Shown one piece after another: positions 1 through 18,000 of a stretch of 64,000 nt of DNA (its first letter is position 1; every line of letters starts with the position of its first letter). The notes under the pieces were generated by a model, which was not told the origin of the DNA, ran no database searches, and worked only from the letters and a program-made list of their open reading frames with translations. The DNA comes from Eledone cirrhosa (lineage: Eukaryota): assembly GCA_964016885.1 (NCBI GenBank), contig OZ024749.1:13640001-13704000 (forward strand), in the 5' to 3' direction. The translations under genes and the position numbers were made by a program.

Positions 1-3000
1 AATAACCTATGGTATATATAGTCTATAAAGTATATATAGAATCGTACAGTAATAACCTATGGTATATATAGTCTATACATTATATATGATATCGTACAGT
101 AATAACCTATGGTATATATAATCTATACAGTATAGATAGTATCGTACAGTAATAAGCTATGGTATATATAGTCTATACAGTATATATAGTATCGTACAAT
201 AATAAACTATGGTATATATAGTCTATACAGTATATATGGTATCGTACAGTAATAAACTATGGTATATATAGTCTATATCGTATATATGGTATCGTACAGT
301 AATAAACTATGGTATATATAGTCTATACAGTATACATGGTATCGTACAGTAATAACCTATAGTATATATAGTCTATACAGAATATATGTTATCGTACAGT
401 AATAAGCTATGGTATATATAGTCTATACAGTATATATAGTATCGTACAGTAATAACCTACTGTATATATAGTCCATACAGTATATATGGTACGTACAGTA
501 GAAACGTATGGTATATATAACCTATACAGTATATTTAGTATCGTACAGTAATAAATTATGGTATATATAGTCTATACAGTATATATAGTATCATACAGTA
601 ATAACCTATGGTATATATAGTCTATACAGTATGTATGGTATCGTACAGTAATAAACTATGGTATATATAGTCTATACAGTATATATGGTATCGTACAGTA
701 ATAACCTATTGTATATATAGATTATACAGTATATATGGTATCGTACAGTAATAACCTATTGTATATATAGTCTATACAGTATATATTGTATCGTACAGTA
801 ATAACATATGGTATATATAGTCTATACAGTATATATAGTATCGTACAGTAATAACCTAAGGTATATATTGTCTATACAGTATATATGATATCGTACAGTA
901 ATAACATATGGTATATATAGTCTATACAGTATATATAGTATTCTTACAGTAATAACCTATGGTATATATAGTCTATACTATATATATAGTATCGTACAGT
1001 AATAACCTATGGTATATATAGTCTATACAGTATATTTAGTATCGTACAGTAATAAATTATGGTATATATAGTCGATACAGTATATATAATATCGTACACT
1101 AATAACCTATGGTATATATAGTCTATACAGTATATATGGTATCGTACAGTAATAACCTATGCTATATATAGTCTATACAGTATATATAGTATCGTACAGT
1201 AATAACCTATGGTATATATAATCTATAGAGTATGTATGGTATCGTACAGTAATAAACTATGGTATATATAGTATATACAGTATATATGGTATCGTACAGT
1301 AATAACCTATGGTATATATAGTCTATACAGTATATATGGTATCGTACAGTAATAACCTACTGTATATATAGTCTATACAGTATATATGGTATCGTACAGT
1401 AATAATATATGGTATATATAGTCTATACAGTATATATAGTATCGTACAGTAATAACCTATGGTATATATAGTCTATACAATATATATAGTATCGTACAGT
1501 AATAACCTATAGTATATATAGTCTATACAGTATATATGGTATCGTACAGTAATAACCTATAGTATATATAGTCTATACAGTATGTATGGTATTGTACAGT
1601 AATAAACTATGGTATATATAGTCTATACAGTATATATGGTATCATACAGTAATAAACTATGGTATATATAGTCTATACAGTATATATGCTATCGTACAGT
1701 AATAAGAAAAAAAAGGTATATATAGTCTATACAGTATAGATGGTATCGTACAGTATTAATCTATGGTATATATAGTCTATGCAGTATATATGGTATCGTA
1801 CAGTAATAACCTGCGGTATATATAGTCTATACAGTATATATGATATCGTACAGTAATAACCTATGGTATATATAGTCTATACAGTATATATAGTATCGTA
1901 CAGTAATAACCTATGGTATATATAGTCTATACAGTATGTATGGTATCGTACAGTAATAATCTATGGTATATATAGTCTATACAGTATATATAGTATCGTA
2001 CAGTAATAAACTATGGTATATATAGTCTATACAGTATATTTTGTATCGTACAGTAATAAACTATGGTATATATAGTCTATACAGTATATATAATATCGTA
2101 CAGTAATAACCTATGGTATATATAGTCTATACAGTATATATGTTATCGTACAGAAATAACCTATGGTATATATAGTCTATAGAGTATATATGGTATCGTA
2201 CAGTAATAAACTATGGTATATATAGTCTATACAGTATATATGGTATCGTACAGTATTAAACTATGGTATATATAGTCTATACAGTATATATAGTATCATA
2301 CAGTAATAACCTATGGTATATATAGTCTATACAGTATATATGGTATCGTACAGTAATAACCTATGGTATATATAGTCTATACAGTATGTATGGTATCGTA
2401 CAGTAATAACCTATGGTATATATAGTCTATACAGTATATATGATATCGTACAGTAATAACCTATGGTATATATAGTCTATACAGTATATATTATATCGTA
2501 CAGTAATAACCTATGGTATATATAGTCTATACAGTATATATGATATCGTACAGTAATAACCTATGGCATATATAATATATACAGTATATATGGTATCGTA
2601 CAGTAATAAACTCTGGGTTATATAGTCTATGCAGTATATATGGAATCGTACAGTAATAACATATGGTATATATAATATATACAGTATATATGGTATCGTA
2701 CAGTAATAAACTCTGGGTTATATAGTCTATACAGTATATATGGAATCGTACAGTAATAAACTATGGTATATATAGACTATACAGTATATATGATATCGTA
2801 CAGTAATAACCTATGTTAATATATATAGTATATACAGTATATATGGTATCGTACTGTAACAACCTATGATATATATAGTATATACAGTATATATGGTATC
2901 GTACAGTAATAACCTATTGTATATATAGTATATAGTATATAGATAGTGTCGTACAGTAATAAGCTATTGTATATATAGTCTATACAGTATATATGTTATC

Positions 3001-6000
3001 GTACAGTAATAAACTATGGTATATATAGTCTATACAGTATATATAGTATCGTACAGTAATAACCTATTGTATATATAGTCTATACAGTATGTATGGTATC
3101 GTACAGTAATAAACTATGGTATATATAGTCTATACAGTATATATGGTATCGTACAGTAATAACCTATTGTATATATAGATTATACAGTATATATGGTATC
3201 GTACAGTAATAACCTATTGTATATATAGTCTATACAGTATATATTGTATCGTACAGTAATAACATATGGTATATATAGTCTATACAGTATATATAGTATC
3301 GTACAGTAATAACCTAAGGTATATATTGTCTATACAGTATATATGATATCGTACAGTAATAACATATGGTATATATAGTCTATACAGTATATATAGTATT
3401 CTTACAGTAATAACCTATGGTATATATAGTCTATACTATATATATAGTATCGTACAGTAATAACCTATGGTATATATAGTCTATACAGTATATTTAGTAT
3501 CGTACAGTAATAAATTATGGTATATATAGTCGATACAGTATATATAATATCGTACACTAATAACCTATGGTATATATAGTCTATACAGTATATATGGTAT
3601 CGTACAGTAATAACCTATGCTATATATAGTCTATACAGTATATATAGTATCGTACAGTAATAACCTATGGTATATATAATCTATAGAGTATGTATGGTAT
3701 CGTACAGTAATAAACTATGGTATATATAGTATATACAGTATATATGGTATCGTACAGTAATAACCTATGGTATATATAGTCTATACAGTATATATGGTAT
3801 CGTACAGTAATAACCTACTGTATATATAGTCTATACAGTATATATGGTATCGTACAGTAATAATATATGGTATATATAGTCTATACAGTATATATAGTAT
3901 CGTACAGTAATAACCTATGGTATATATAGTCTATACAATATATATAGTATCGTGCAGTAATAACCTATAGTATATATAGTCTATACAGTATATATGGTAT
4001 CGTACAGTAATAACCTATAGTATATATAGTCTATACAGTATGTATGGTATTGTACAGTAATAAACTATGGTATATATAGTCTATACAGTATATATGGTAT
4101 CATACAGTAATAAACTATGGTATATATAGTCTATACAGTATATATGCTATCGTACAGTAATAAAAAAAAAAGGTATATATAGTCTATACAGTATAGATGG
4201 TATCGTACAGTATTAATCTATGGTATATATAGTCTATACAGTATATATGGTATCGTACAGTAATAACCTGCGGTATATATAGTCTATACAGTATATATGA
4301 TATCGTACAGTAATAACCTATGGTATATATAGTCTATACAGTATATATAGTATCGTACAGTAATAACCTATGGTATATATAGTCTATACAGTATGTATGG
4401 TATCGTACAGTAATAATCTATGGTATATATAGTCTATACAGTATATATAGTATCGTACAGTAATAAACTATGGTATATATAGTCTATACAGTATATTTTG
4501 TATCGTACAGTAATAAACTATGGTATATATAGTCTATACAGTATATATAATATCGTACAGTAATAACCTATGGTATATATAGTCTATACAGTATATATGT
4601 TATCGTACAGTAATAACCTATGGTATATATAGTCTATAGAGTATATATGGTATCGTACAGTAATAAACTATGGTATATATAGTCTATACAGTATATATGG
4701 TATCGTACAGTGATAAACTATGGTATATATAGTCTATACAGTATATATAGTATCGTACAGTAATAACCTATGGTATATATAGTCTATAAAGTATATATAG
4801 AATCGTACAGTAATAACCTATGGTATATATAGTCTATACATTATATATGATATCGTACAGTAATAACCTATGGTATATATAATCTATACAGTATAGATAG
4901 TATCGTACAGTAATAAGCTATGGTATATATAGTCTATACAGTATATATAGTATCGTACAATAATAAACTATGGTATATATAGTCTATACAGTATATATGG
5001 TATCGTACAGTAATAAACTATGGTATATATAGTCTATATCGTATATATGGTATCGTACAGTAATAAACTATGGTATATATAGTCTATACAGTATACATGG
5101 TATCGTACAGTAATAACCTATAGTATATATAGTCTATACAGAATATATGTTATCGTACAGTAATAAACTATGGTATATATAGTCTATACAGTATATATAG
5201 TATCGTACAGTAATAACCTACTGTATATATAGTCCATACAGTATATATGGTACGTACAGTAGAAACGTATGGTATATATAACCTATACAGTATATTTAGT
5301 ATCGTACAGTAATAAATTATGGTATATATAGTCTATACAGTATATATAGTATCATACAGTAATAACCTATGGTATATATAGTCTATACAGTATGTATGGT
5401 ATCGTACAGTAATAAACTATGGTATATATAGTCTATACAGTATATATGGTATCGTACAGTAATAACCTATTGTATATATAGATTATACAGTATATATGGT
5501 ATCGTACAGTAATAACCTATTGTATATATAGTCTATACAGTATATATTGTATCGTACAGTAATAACATATGGTATATATAGTCTATACAGTATATATAGT
5601 ATCGTACAGTAATAACCTAAGGTATATATTGTCTATACAGTATATATGATATCGTACAGTAATAACATATGGTATATATAGTCTATACAGTATATATAGT
5701 ATTCTTACAGTAATAACCTATGGTATATATAGTCTATACTATATATATAGTATCGTACAGTAATAACCTATGGTATATATAGTCTATACAGTATATTTAG
5801 TATCGTACAGTAATAAATTATGGTATATATAGTCGATACAGTATATATAATATCGTACACTAATAACCTATGGTATATATAGTCTATACAGTATATATGG
5901 TATCGTACAGTAATAACCTATGCTATATATAGTCTATACAGTATATATAGTATCGTACAGTAATAACCTATGGTATATATAATCTATAGAGTATGTATGG

Positions 6001-9000
6001 TATCGTACAGTAATAAACTATGGTATATATAGTATATACAGTATATATGGTATCGTACAGTAATAACCTATGGTATATATAGTCTATACAGTATATATGG
6101 TATCGTACAGTAATAACCTACTGTATATATAGTCTATACAGTATATATGGTATCGTACAGTAATAATATATGGTATATATAGTCTATACAGTATATATAG
6201 TATCGTACAGTAATAACCTATGGTATATATAGTCTATACAATATATATAGTATCGTACAGTAATAACCTATAGTATATATAGTCTATACAGTATATATGG
6301 TATCGTACAGTAATAACCTATAGTATATATAGTCTATACAGTATGTATGGTATTGTACAGTAATAAACTATGGTATATATAGTCTATACAGTATATATGG
6401 TATCATACAGTAATAAACTATGGTATATATAGTCTATACAGTATATATGCTATCGTACAGTAATAAGAAAAAAAAGGTATATATAGTCTATACAGTATAG
6501 ATGGTATCGTACAGTATTAATCTATGGTATATATAGTCTATGCAGTATATATGGTATCGTACAGTAATAACCTGCGGTATATATAGTCTATACAGTATAT
6601 ATGATATCGTACAGTAATAACCTATGGTATATATAGTCTATACAGTATATATAGTATCGTACAGTAATAACCTATGGTATATATAGTCTATACAGTATGT
6701 ATGGTATCGTACAGTAATAATCTATGGTATATATAGTCTATACAGTATATATAGTATCGTACAGTAATAAACTATGGTATATATAGTCTATACAGTATAT
6801 TTTGTATCGTACAGTAATAAACTATGGTATATATAGTCTATACAGTATATATAATATCGTACAGTAATAACCTATGGCATATATAGTCTATACAGTATAT
6901 ATGTTATCGTACAGAAATAACCTATGGTATATATAGTCTATAGAGTATATATGGTATCGTACAGTAATAAACTATGGTATATATAGTCTATACAGTATAT
7001 ATGGTATCGTACAGTATTAAACTATGGTATATATAGTCTATACAGTATATATAGTATCATACAGTAATAACCTATGGTATATATAGTCTATACAGTATAT
7101 ATGGTATCGTACAGTAATAACCTATGGTATATATAGTCTATACAGTATGTATGGTATCGTACAGTAATAACCTATGGTATATATAGTCTATACAGTATAT
7201 ATGATATCGTACAGTAATAACCTATGGTATATATAGTCTATACAGTATATATTATATCGTACAGTAATAACCTATGGTATATATAGTCTATACAGTATAT
7301 ATGATATCGTACAGTAATAACCTATGGCATATATAATATATACAGTATATATGGTATCGTACAGTAATAAACTCTGGGTTATATAGTCTATGCAGTATAT
7401 ATGGAATCGTACAGTAATAACATATGGTATATATAATATATACAGTATATATGGTATCGTACAGTAATAAACTCTGGGTTATATAGTCTATACAGTATAT
7501 ATGGAATCGTACAGTAATAAACTATGGTATATATAGACTATACAGTATATATGATATCGTACAGTAATAACCTATGTTAATATATATAGTATATACAGTA
7601 TATATGGTATCGTACTGTAACAACCTATGATATATATAGTATATACAGTATATATGGTATCGTACAGTAATAACCTATTGTATATATAGTATATAGTATA
7701 TAGATAGTGTCGTACAGTAATAAGCTATTGTATATATAGTCTATACAGTATATATGTTATCGTACAGTAATAAACTATGGTATATATAGTCTATACAGTA
7801 TATATAGTATCGTACAGTAATAACCTATTGTATATATAGTCTATACAGTATGTATGGTATCGTACAGTAATAAACTATGGTATATATAGTCTATACAGTA
7901 TATATGGTATCGTACAGTAATAACCTATTGTATATATAGATTATACAGTATATATGGTATCGTACAGTAATAACCTATTGTATATATAGTCTATACAGTA
8001 TATATTGTATCGTACAGTAATAACATATGGTATATATAGTCTATACAGTATATATAGTATCGTACAGTAATAACCTAAGGTATATATTGTCTATACAGTA
8101 TATATGATATCGTACAGTAATAACATATGGTATATATAGTCTATACAGTATATATAGTATTCTTACAGTAATAACCTATGGTATATATAGTCTATACTAT
8201 ATATATAGTATCGTACAGTAATAACCTATGGTATATATAGTCTATACAGTATATTTAGTATCGTACAGTAATAAATTATGGTATATATAGTCGATACAGT
8301 ATATATAATATCGTACACTAATAACCTATGGTATATATAGTCTATACAGTATATATGGTATCGTACAGTAATAACCTATGCTATATATAGTCTATACAGT
8401 ATATATAGTATCGTACAGTAATAACCTATGGTATATATAATCTATAGAGTATGTATGGTATCGTACAGTAATAAACTATGGTATATATAGTATATACAGT
8501 ATATATGGTATCGTACAGTAATAACCTATGGTATATATAGTCTATACAGTATATATGGTATCGTACAGTAATAACCTACTGTATATATAGTCTATACAGT
8601 ATATATGGTATCGTACAGTAATAATATATGGTATATATAGTCTATACAGTATATATAGTATCGTACAGTAATAACCTATGGTATATATAGTCTATACAAT
8701 ATATATAGTATCGTACAGTAATAACCTATAGTATATATAGTCTATACAGTATATATGGTATCGTACAGTAATAACCTATAATATATATAGTCTATACAGT
8801 ATGTATGGTATTGTACAGTAATAAACTATGGTATATATAGTCTATACAGTATATATGGTATCATACAGTAATAAACTATGGTATATATAGTCTATACAGT
8901 ATATATGCTATCGTACAGTAATAAGAAAAAAAAGGTATATATAGTCTATACAGTATAGATGGTATCGTACAGTATTAATCTATGGTATATATAGTCTATG

Positions 9001-12000
9001 CAGTATATATGGTATCGTACAGTAATAACCTGCGGTATATATAGTCTATACAGTATATATGATATCGTACAGTAATAACCTATGGTATATATAGTCTATA
9101 CAGTATATATAGTATCGTACAGTAATAACCTATGGTATATATAGTCTATACAGTATGTATGGTATCGTACAGTAATAATCTATGGTATATATAGTCTATA
9201 CAGTATATATAGTATCGTACAGTAATAAACTATGGTATATATAGTCTATACAGTATATTTTGTATCGTACAGTAATAAACTATGGTATATATAGTCTATA
9301 CAGTATATATAATATCGTACAGTAATAACCTATGGTATATATAGTCTATACAGTATATATGTTATCGTACAGAAATAACCTATGGTATATATAGTCTATA
9401 GAGTATATATGGTATCGTACAGTAATAAACTATGGTATATATAGTCTATACAGTATATATGGTATCGTACAGTATTAAACTATGGTATATATAGTCTATA
9501 CAGTATATATAGTATCATACAGTAATAACCTATGGTATATATAGTCTATACAGTATATATGGTATCGTACAGTAATAACCTATGGTATATATAGTCTATA
9601 CAGTATGTATGGTATCGTACAGTAATAACCTATGGTATATATAGTCTATACAGTATATATGATATCGTACAGTAATAACCTATGGTATATATAGTCTATA
9701 CAGTATATATTATATCGTACAGTAATAACCTATGGTATATATAGTCTATACAGTATATATGATATCGTACAGTAATAACCTATGGCATATATAATATATA
9801 CAGTATATATGGTATCGTACAGTAATAAACTCTGGGTTATATAGTCTATGCAGTATATATGGAATCGTACAGTAATAACATATGGTATATATAATATATA
9901 CAGTATATATGGTATCGTACAGTAATAAACTCTGGGTTATATAGTCTATACAGTATATATGGAATCGTACAGTAATAAACTATGGTATATATAGACTATA
10001 CAGTATATATGATATCGTACAGTAATAACCTATGTTAATATATATAGTATATACAGTATATATGGTATCGTACTGTAACAACCTATGATATATATAGTAT
10101 ATACAGTATATATGGTATCGTACAGTAATAACCTATTGTATATATAGTATATAGTATATAGATAGTGTCGTACAGTAATAAGCTATTGTATATATAGTCT
10201 ATACAGTATATATGTTATCGTACAGTAATAAACTATGGTATATATAGTCTATACAGTATATATAGTATCGTACAGTAATAACCTATTGTATATATAGTCT
10301 ATACAGTATGTATGGTATCGTACAGTAATAAACTATGGTATATATAGTCTATACAGTATATATGGTATCGTACAGTAATAACCTATTGTATATATAGATT
10401 ATACAGTATATATGGTATCGTACAGTAATAACCTATTGTATATATAGTCCATACAGTATATATTGTATCGTACAGTAATAACATATGGTATATATAGTCT
10501 ATACAGTATATATAGTATCATACAGTAATAACCTAAGGTATATATTGTCTATACAGTATATATGATATCGTACAGTAATTACATATGGTATATATAGTCT
10601 ATACAGTATATATAGTATTCTTACAGTAATAACCTATGGTATATATAGTCTATACAGTATATATAGTATCGTACAGTAATAACCTATGGTATATATAGTC
10701 AATACAGTATATTTAGTATCGTACAGTAATAAATTATGGTATATATAGTCGATACAGTATATATAATATCGTACACTAATAACCTATGGTATATATAGTC
10801 TATACAGTATATATGGTATCGTACAGTAATAACCTATGCTATATATAGTCTATACAGTATATATAGTATCGTACAGTAATAACCTATGGTATATATAATC
10901 TATAGAGTATGTATGGTATCGTACAGTAATAAACTATGGTATATATAGTATATACAGTATATATGGTATCGTACAGTAATAACCTATGGTATATATAGTC
11001 TATACAGTATATATGGTATCGTACAGTAATAACCTACTGTATATATAGTCTATACAGTATATATGGTATCGTACAGTAATAATATATGGTATATATAGTC
11101 TATACAGTATATATAGTATCGTACAGTAATAACCTATGGTATATATAGTCTATACAATATATATAGTATCGTGCAGTAATAACCTATAGTATATATAGTC
11201 TATACAGTATATATGGTATCGTACAGTAATAACCTATAGTATATATAGTCTATACAGTATGTATGGTATTGTACAGTAATAAACTATGGTATATATAGTC
11301 TATACAGTATATATGGTATCATACAGTAATAAACTATGGTATATATAGTCTATACAGTATATATGGTATCGTACAGTAATAAAAAAAAAAAGGTATATAT
11401 AGTCTATACAGTATAGATGGTATCGTACAGTATTAATCTATGGTATATATAGTCTATACAGTATATATGGTATCGTACAGTAATAACCTGCGGTATATAT
11501 AGTCTATACAGTATATATGATATCGTACAGTAATAACCTATGGTATATATAGTCTATACAGTATATATAGTATCGTACAGTAATAACCTATGGTATATAT
11601 AGTCTATACAGTATGTATGGTATCGTACAGTAATAATCTATGGTATATATAGTCTATACAGTATATATAGTATCGTACAGTAATAAACTATGGTATATAT
11701 AGTCTATACAGTATATTTTGTATCGTACAGTAATAAACTATGGTATATATAGTCTATACAGTATATATAATATCGTACAGTAATAACCTATGGTATATAT
11801 AGTCTATACAGTATATATGTTATCGTACAGTAATAACCTATGGTATATATAGTCTATAGAGTATATATGGTATCGTACAGTAATAAACTATGGTATATAT
11901 AGTCTATACAGTATATATGGTATCGTACAGTGATAAACTATGGTATATATAGTCTATACAGTATATATAGTATCGTACAGTAATAACCTATGGTATATAT

Positions 12001-15000
12001 AGTCTATAAAGTATATCTAGAATCGTACAGTAATAACCTATGGTATATATAGTCTATACATTATATATGATATCGTACAGTAATAACCTATGGTATATAT
12101 AATCTATACAGTATAGATAGTATCGTACAGTAATAAGCTATGGTATATATAGTCTATACAGTATATATAGTATCGTACAATAATAAACTATGGTATATAT
12201 AGTCTATACAGTATATATGGTATCGTACAGTAATAAACTATGGTATATATAGTCTATATCGTATATATGGTATCGTACAGTAATAAACTATGGTATATAT
12301 AGTCTATACAGTATACATGGTATCGTACAGTAATAACCTATAGTATATATAGTCTATACAGAATATATGTTATCGTACAGTAATAAACTATGGTATATAT
12401 AGTTTATACAGTATATATAGTATCGTACAGTAATAACCTACTGTATATATAGTCCATACAGTATATATGGTACGTACAGTAGAAACCTATGGTATATATA
12501 ACCTATACAGTATATTTAGTATCGTACAGTAATAAATTATGGTATATATAGTCTATACAGTATATATAGTATCATACAGTAATAACCTATGGTATATATA
12601 GTCTATACAGTATGTATGGTATCGTACAGTAATAAACTATGGTATATATAGTCTATACAGTATATATGGTATCGTACAGTAATAACCTATTGTATATATA
12701 GATTATACAGTATATATGGTATCGTACAGTAATAACCGATTGTATATATAGTCTATACAGTATATATTGTATCGTACAGTAATAACATATGGTATATATA
12801 GTCTATACAGTATATATAGTATCGTACAGTAATAACCTAAGGTATATATTGTCTATACAGTATATATGATATCGTACAGTAATAACATATGGTATATATA
12901 GTCTATACAGTATATATAGTATTCTTACAGTAATAACCTATGGTATATATAGTCTATACAGTATATATAGTATCGTACAGTAATAACCTATGGTATATAT
13001 AGTCTATACAGTATGTATGGTATCGTACAGTAATAATCTATGGTATATATAGTCTATACAGTATATATAGTATCGTACAGTAATAAACTATGGTATATAT
13101 AGTCTATACAGTATATATAATATCGTACAGTAATAACCTATGGTATATATAGTCTATACAGTATATATGTTATCGTACAGTAATAACCTATGGTATATAT
13201 AGTCTATAGAGTATATATGGTATCGTACAGTAATAAACTATGGTATATATAGTCTATACAGTATATATGGTATCGTACAGTATTAAACTATGGTATATAT
13301 AGTCTATACAGTATATATAGTATCGTACAGTAATAACCTATGGTATATATAGTCTATAAAGTATATATAGAATCGTACAGTAATAACCTATGGTATATAT
13401 AGTCTATACATTATATATGATATCGTACAGTAATAACCTATGGTATATATAATCTATACAGTATAGATAGTATCGTACAGTAATAACCTATGGTATATAT
13501 AGTCTATACAGTATATATAGTATCGTACAATAATAAACTATGGTATATATAGTCTATACAGTATATATGGTATCGTACAGTAATAAACTATGGTATATAT
13601 AGTCTATATCGTATATATGGTATCGTACAGTAATAAACTATGGTATATATAGTCTATACAGTATACATGGTATCGTACAGTAATAACCTATAGTATATAT
13701 AGTCTATACAGAATATATGTTATCGTACAGTAATAAACTATGGTATATATAGTCTATACAGTATATATAGTATCGTACAGTAATAACCTACTGTATATAT
13801 AGTCCATACAGTATATATGGTACGTACAGTAGAAACCTATGGTATATATAACCTATACAGTATATTTAGTATCGTACAGTAATAAATTATGGTATATATA
13901 GTCTATACAGTATATATAGTATCATACAGTAATAACCTATGGTATATATAGTCTATACAGTATGTATGGTATCGTACAGTAATAAACTATGGTATATATA
14001 GTCTATACAGTATATATGGTATCGTACAGTAATAACCTATTGTATATATAGATTATACAGTATATATGGTATCGTACAGTAATAACCTATTGTATATATA
14101 GTCTATACAGTATATATTGTATCGTACAATAATAACATATGGTATATATAGTCTATACAGTATATATAGTATCGTACAGTAATAACCTAAGGTATATATT
14201 GTCTATACAGTATATATGATATCGTACAGTAATAACATATGGTATATATAGTCTATACAGTATATATAGTATTCTTACAGTAATAACCTATGGTATATAT
14301 AGTCTATACAGTATATATAGTATCGTACAGTAATAACCTATGGTATATATAGTCTATACAGTATATTTAGTATCGTACAGTAATAAATTATGGTATATAT
14401 AGTCGATACAGTATATATAATATCGTACACTAATAACCTATGGTATATATAGTCTATACAGTATATATGGTATCGTACAGTAATAACCTATGCTATATAT
14501 AGTCTATACAGTATATATAGTATCGTACAGTAATAACCTATGGTATATATAATCTATAGAGTATGTATGGTATCGTACAGTAATAAACTATGGTATATAT
14601 AGTATATACAGTATATATGGTATCGTACAGTAATAACCTATGGTATATATAGTCTATACAGTATATATGGTATCGTACAGTAATAACCTACTGTATATAT
14701 AGTCTATACAGTATATATGGTATCGTACAGTAATAATCTATGGTATATATAGTCTATACAGTATATATAGTATCGTACAGTAATAACCTATGGTATATAT
14801 AGTCTATACAATATATATAGTATCGTACAGTAATAACCTATAGTATATATAGTCTATACAGTATATATGGTATCGTACAGTAATAACCTATAGTATATAT
14901 AGTCTATACAGTATGTATGGTATCGTACAGTAATAAACTATGGTATATATAGTCTATACAGTATATATGGTATCATACAGTAATAAACTATGGTATATAT

Positions 15001-18000
15001 AGTCTATACAGTATATATGCTATCGTACAGTAATAAAAAAAAAAGGTATATATAGTCTATACAGTATAGATGGTATCGTACAGTATTAATCTATGGTATA
15101 TATAGTCTATACAGTATATATGGTATCGTACAGTAATAACCTGCGGTATATATAGTCTATACAGTATATATGATATCGTACAGTAATAACCTATGGTATA
15201 TATAGTCTATACAGTATATATAGTATCGTACAGTAATAACCTATGGTATATATAGTCTATACAGTATGTATGGTATCGTACAGTAATAATCTATGGTATA
15301 TATAGTCTATACAGTATATATAGTATCGTACAGTAATAAACTATGGTATATATAGTCTATACAGTATATTTTGTATCGTACAGTAATAAACTATGGTATA
15401 TATAGTCTATACAGTATATATAATATCGTACAGTAATAACCTATGGTATATATAGTCTATACAGTATATATGTTATCGTACAGTAATAACCTATGGTATA
15501 TATAGTCTATAGTGTATATATGGTATCGTACAGTAATAACCTATGGTATATATAATCTATACAGTATAGATAGTATCGTACAGTAATAACCTATGGTATA
15601 TATAGTCTATACAGTATATATGGTATCGTACAGTAATAAACTATGGTATATATAGTCTATACAGTATATATAGTATCGTACAGTAATAACCTACTGTATA
15701 TATAGTCCATACAGTATATATGGTACGTACAGTAGAAACCTATGGTATATATAACCTATACAGTATATTTAGTATCGTACAGTAATAAATTATGGTATAT
15801 ATAGTCTATGCAGTATATATGGAATCGTACAGTAATAACATATGGTATATATAATATATACAGTATATATGGTATCGTACAGTAATAAACTCTGGGTTAT
15901 ATAGTCTATACAGTATATATGGAATCGTACAGTAATAAACTATGGTATATATAGACTATACAGTATATATGATATCGTACAGTAATAACCTATGTTAATA
16001 TATATAGTATATACAGTATATATGGTATCGTACTGTAACAACCTATGATATATATCATCTATACAGTATATATGGTATCGTACAGTAATAACCTATTGTA
16101 TATATAGTATATAGTATATAGTATATAGATAGTATCGTACAGTAATAAGCTAGTGTATATATAGTCTATACAGTATATATGTTATCGTACAGTAATAAAC
16201 TATGGTATATATAGTCTATACAGTATATATGGTATCGTACAGTGATAAACTATGGTATATATAGACTATACAGTATATATGGGTTCGTACAATAATAACC
16301 TGTGGTATATATAATCTATACAGTATATATGGTATCGTACAGTAATAATCTATGGTTTATATAGTCTATACAGTATATTTTGTATCGTACAGTAATAACC
16401 TATGGTATATATAGTCTATACAGTATATATTATATCGTACAGTAATAACCTATGGTATATATAGTCTATAGAGTATACATGGTATCGTACAGTAATAACC
16501 TATGGTATATATAGTCTATAAAGTATGTATGCTATCGTACAGTAATAAACTATGGTATATATAGTCTATACAGTATATATGTTATCGTACAGTAATAACC
16601 TATGGTATATATAGTCTATAGAGTATATATGGTATCGTACAGTAATAAACTATGGTATATATAGTCTATACAGTATATATGGTATCGTACAGTGATAAAC
16701 TATGGTATATATAGTCTATACAGTATATATAGTATCGTACAGTAATAACCTATGGTATATATAGTCTATAAAGTATATATAGTATCGTACAGTAATACCC
16801 TATGGTATATATAGTCTATACATTATATATGATATCGTACAGTAATAACCTATGGTATATATAATCTATACAGTATAGATAGTATCGTACAGTAATAAGC
16901 TATGGTATATTTAGTCTATACAGTATATATGGTATCGTACAGTAATAAACTATGGTATATATAGTCTATAGCGTATATATGGTATCGTACAGTAATAAAC
17001 TATGGTATATATAGTCTATACAGTATACATGGTATCGTACAGTAATAACCTATAGTATATATAGTCTATACAGTATATATGTTATCGTACAGTAATAAAC
17101 TATGGTATATATAGTCTATACAGTATATATAGTATCGTACAGTAATAACCTACTGTATATATAGTCCATACAGTATATATGGTACGTACAGTAGAAACCT
17201 ATGGTATATATAACCTATACAGTGTATTTAGTATCGTACAGTAATAAACTATGGTATATATAGTCTATACAGTATATATGGTATCGTACAGTGATAAACT
17301 ATGGTATATATAGACTATACAGTATATATGGGTTCGTACAATAATAACCTGTGGTATATATAATCTATACAGTATATATGGTATCGTACAGTAATAATCT
17401 ATGGTTTATATAGTCTATACAGTATATTTTGTATCGTACAGTAATAACCTATGGTATATATAGTCTATACAGTATATATTATATCGTGCAGTAATAACCT
17501 ATGGTATATATAGTCTATAGAGTATACATGGTATCGTACAGTAATAACCTATGGTATATATAGTCTATAAAGTATGTATGGTATCGTACAGTAATAAACT
17601 ATGGTATATATAGTCTATACAGTATATATGTTATCGTACAGTAATAACCTATGGTATATATAGTCTATAGAGTATATATGGTATCGTACAGTAATAAACT
17701 ATGGTATATATAGTCTATACAGTATATATGGTATCGTACAGTGATAAACTATGGTATATATATTCTATACAGTATATATAGTATCGTACAGTAATAACCT
17801 ATGGTATATATAGTCTATAAAGTATATATAGTATCGTACAGTAATAACCTATGGTATATATAGTCTATACATTATATATGATATCGTACAGTAATAACCT
17901 ATGGTATATATAATCTATACAGTATAGATAGTATCGTACAGTAATAAGCTATGGTATATATAGTCTATACAGTATATATGGTATCGTACAGTAATAAACT

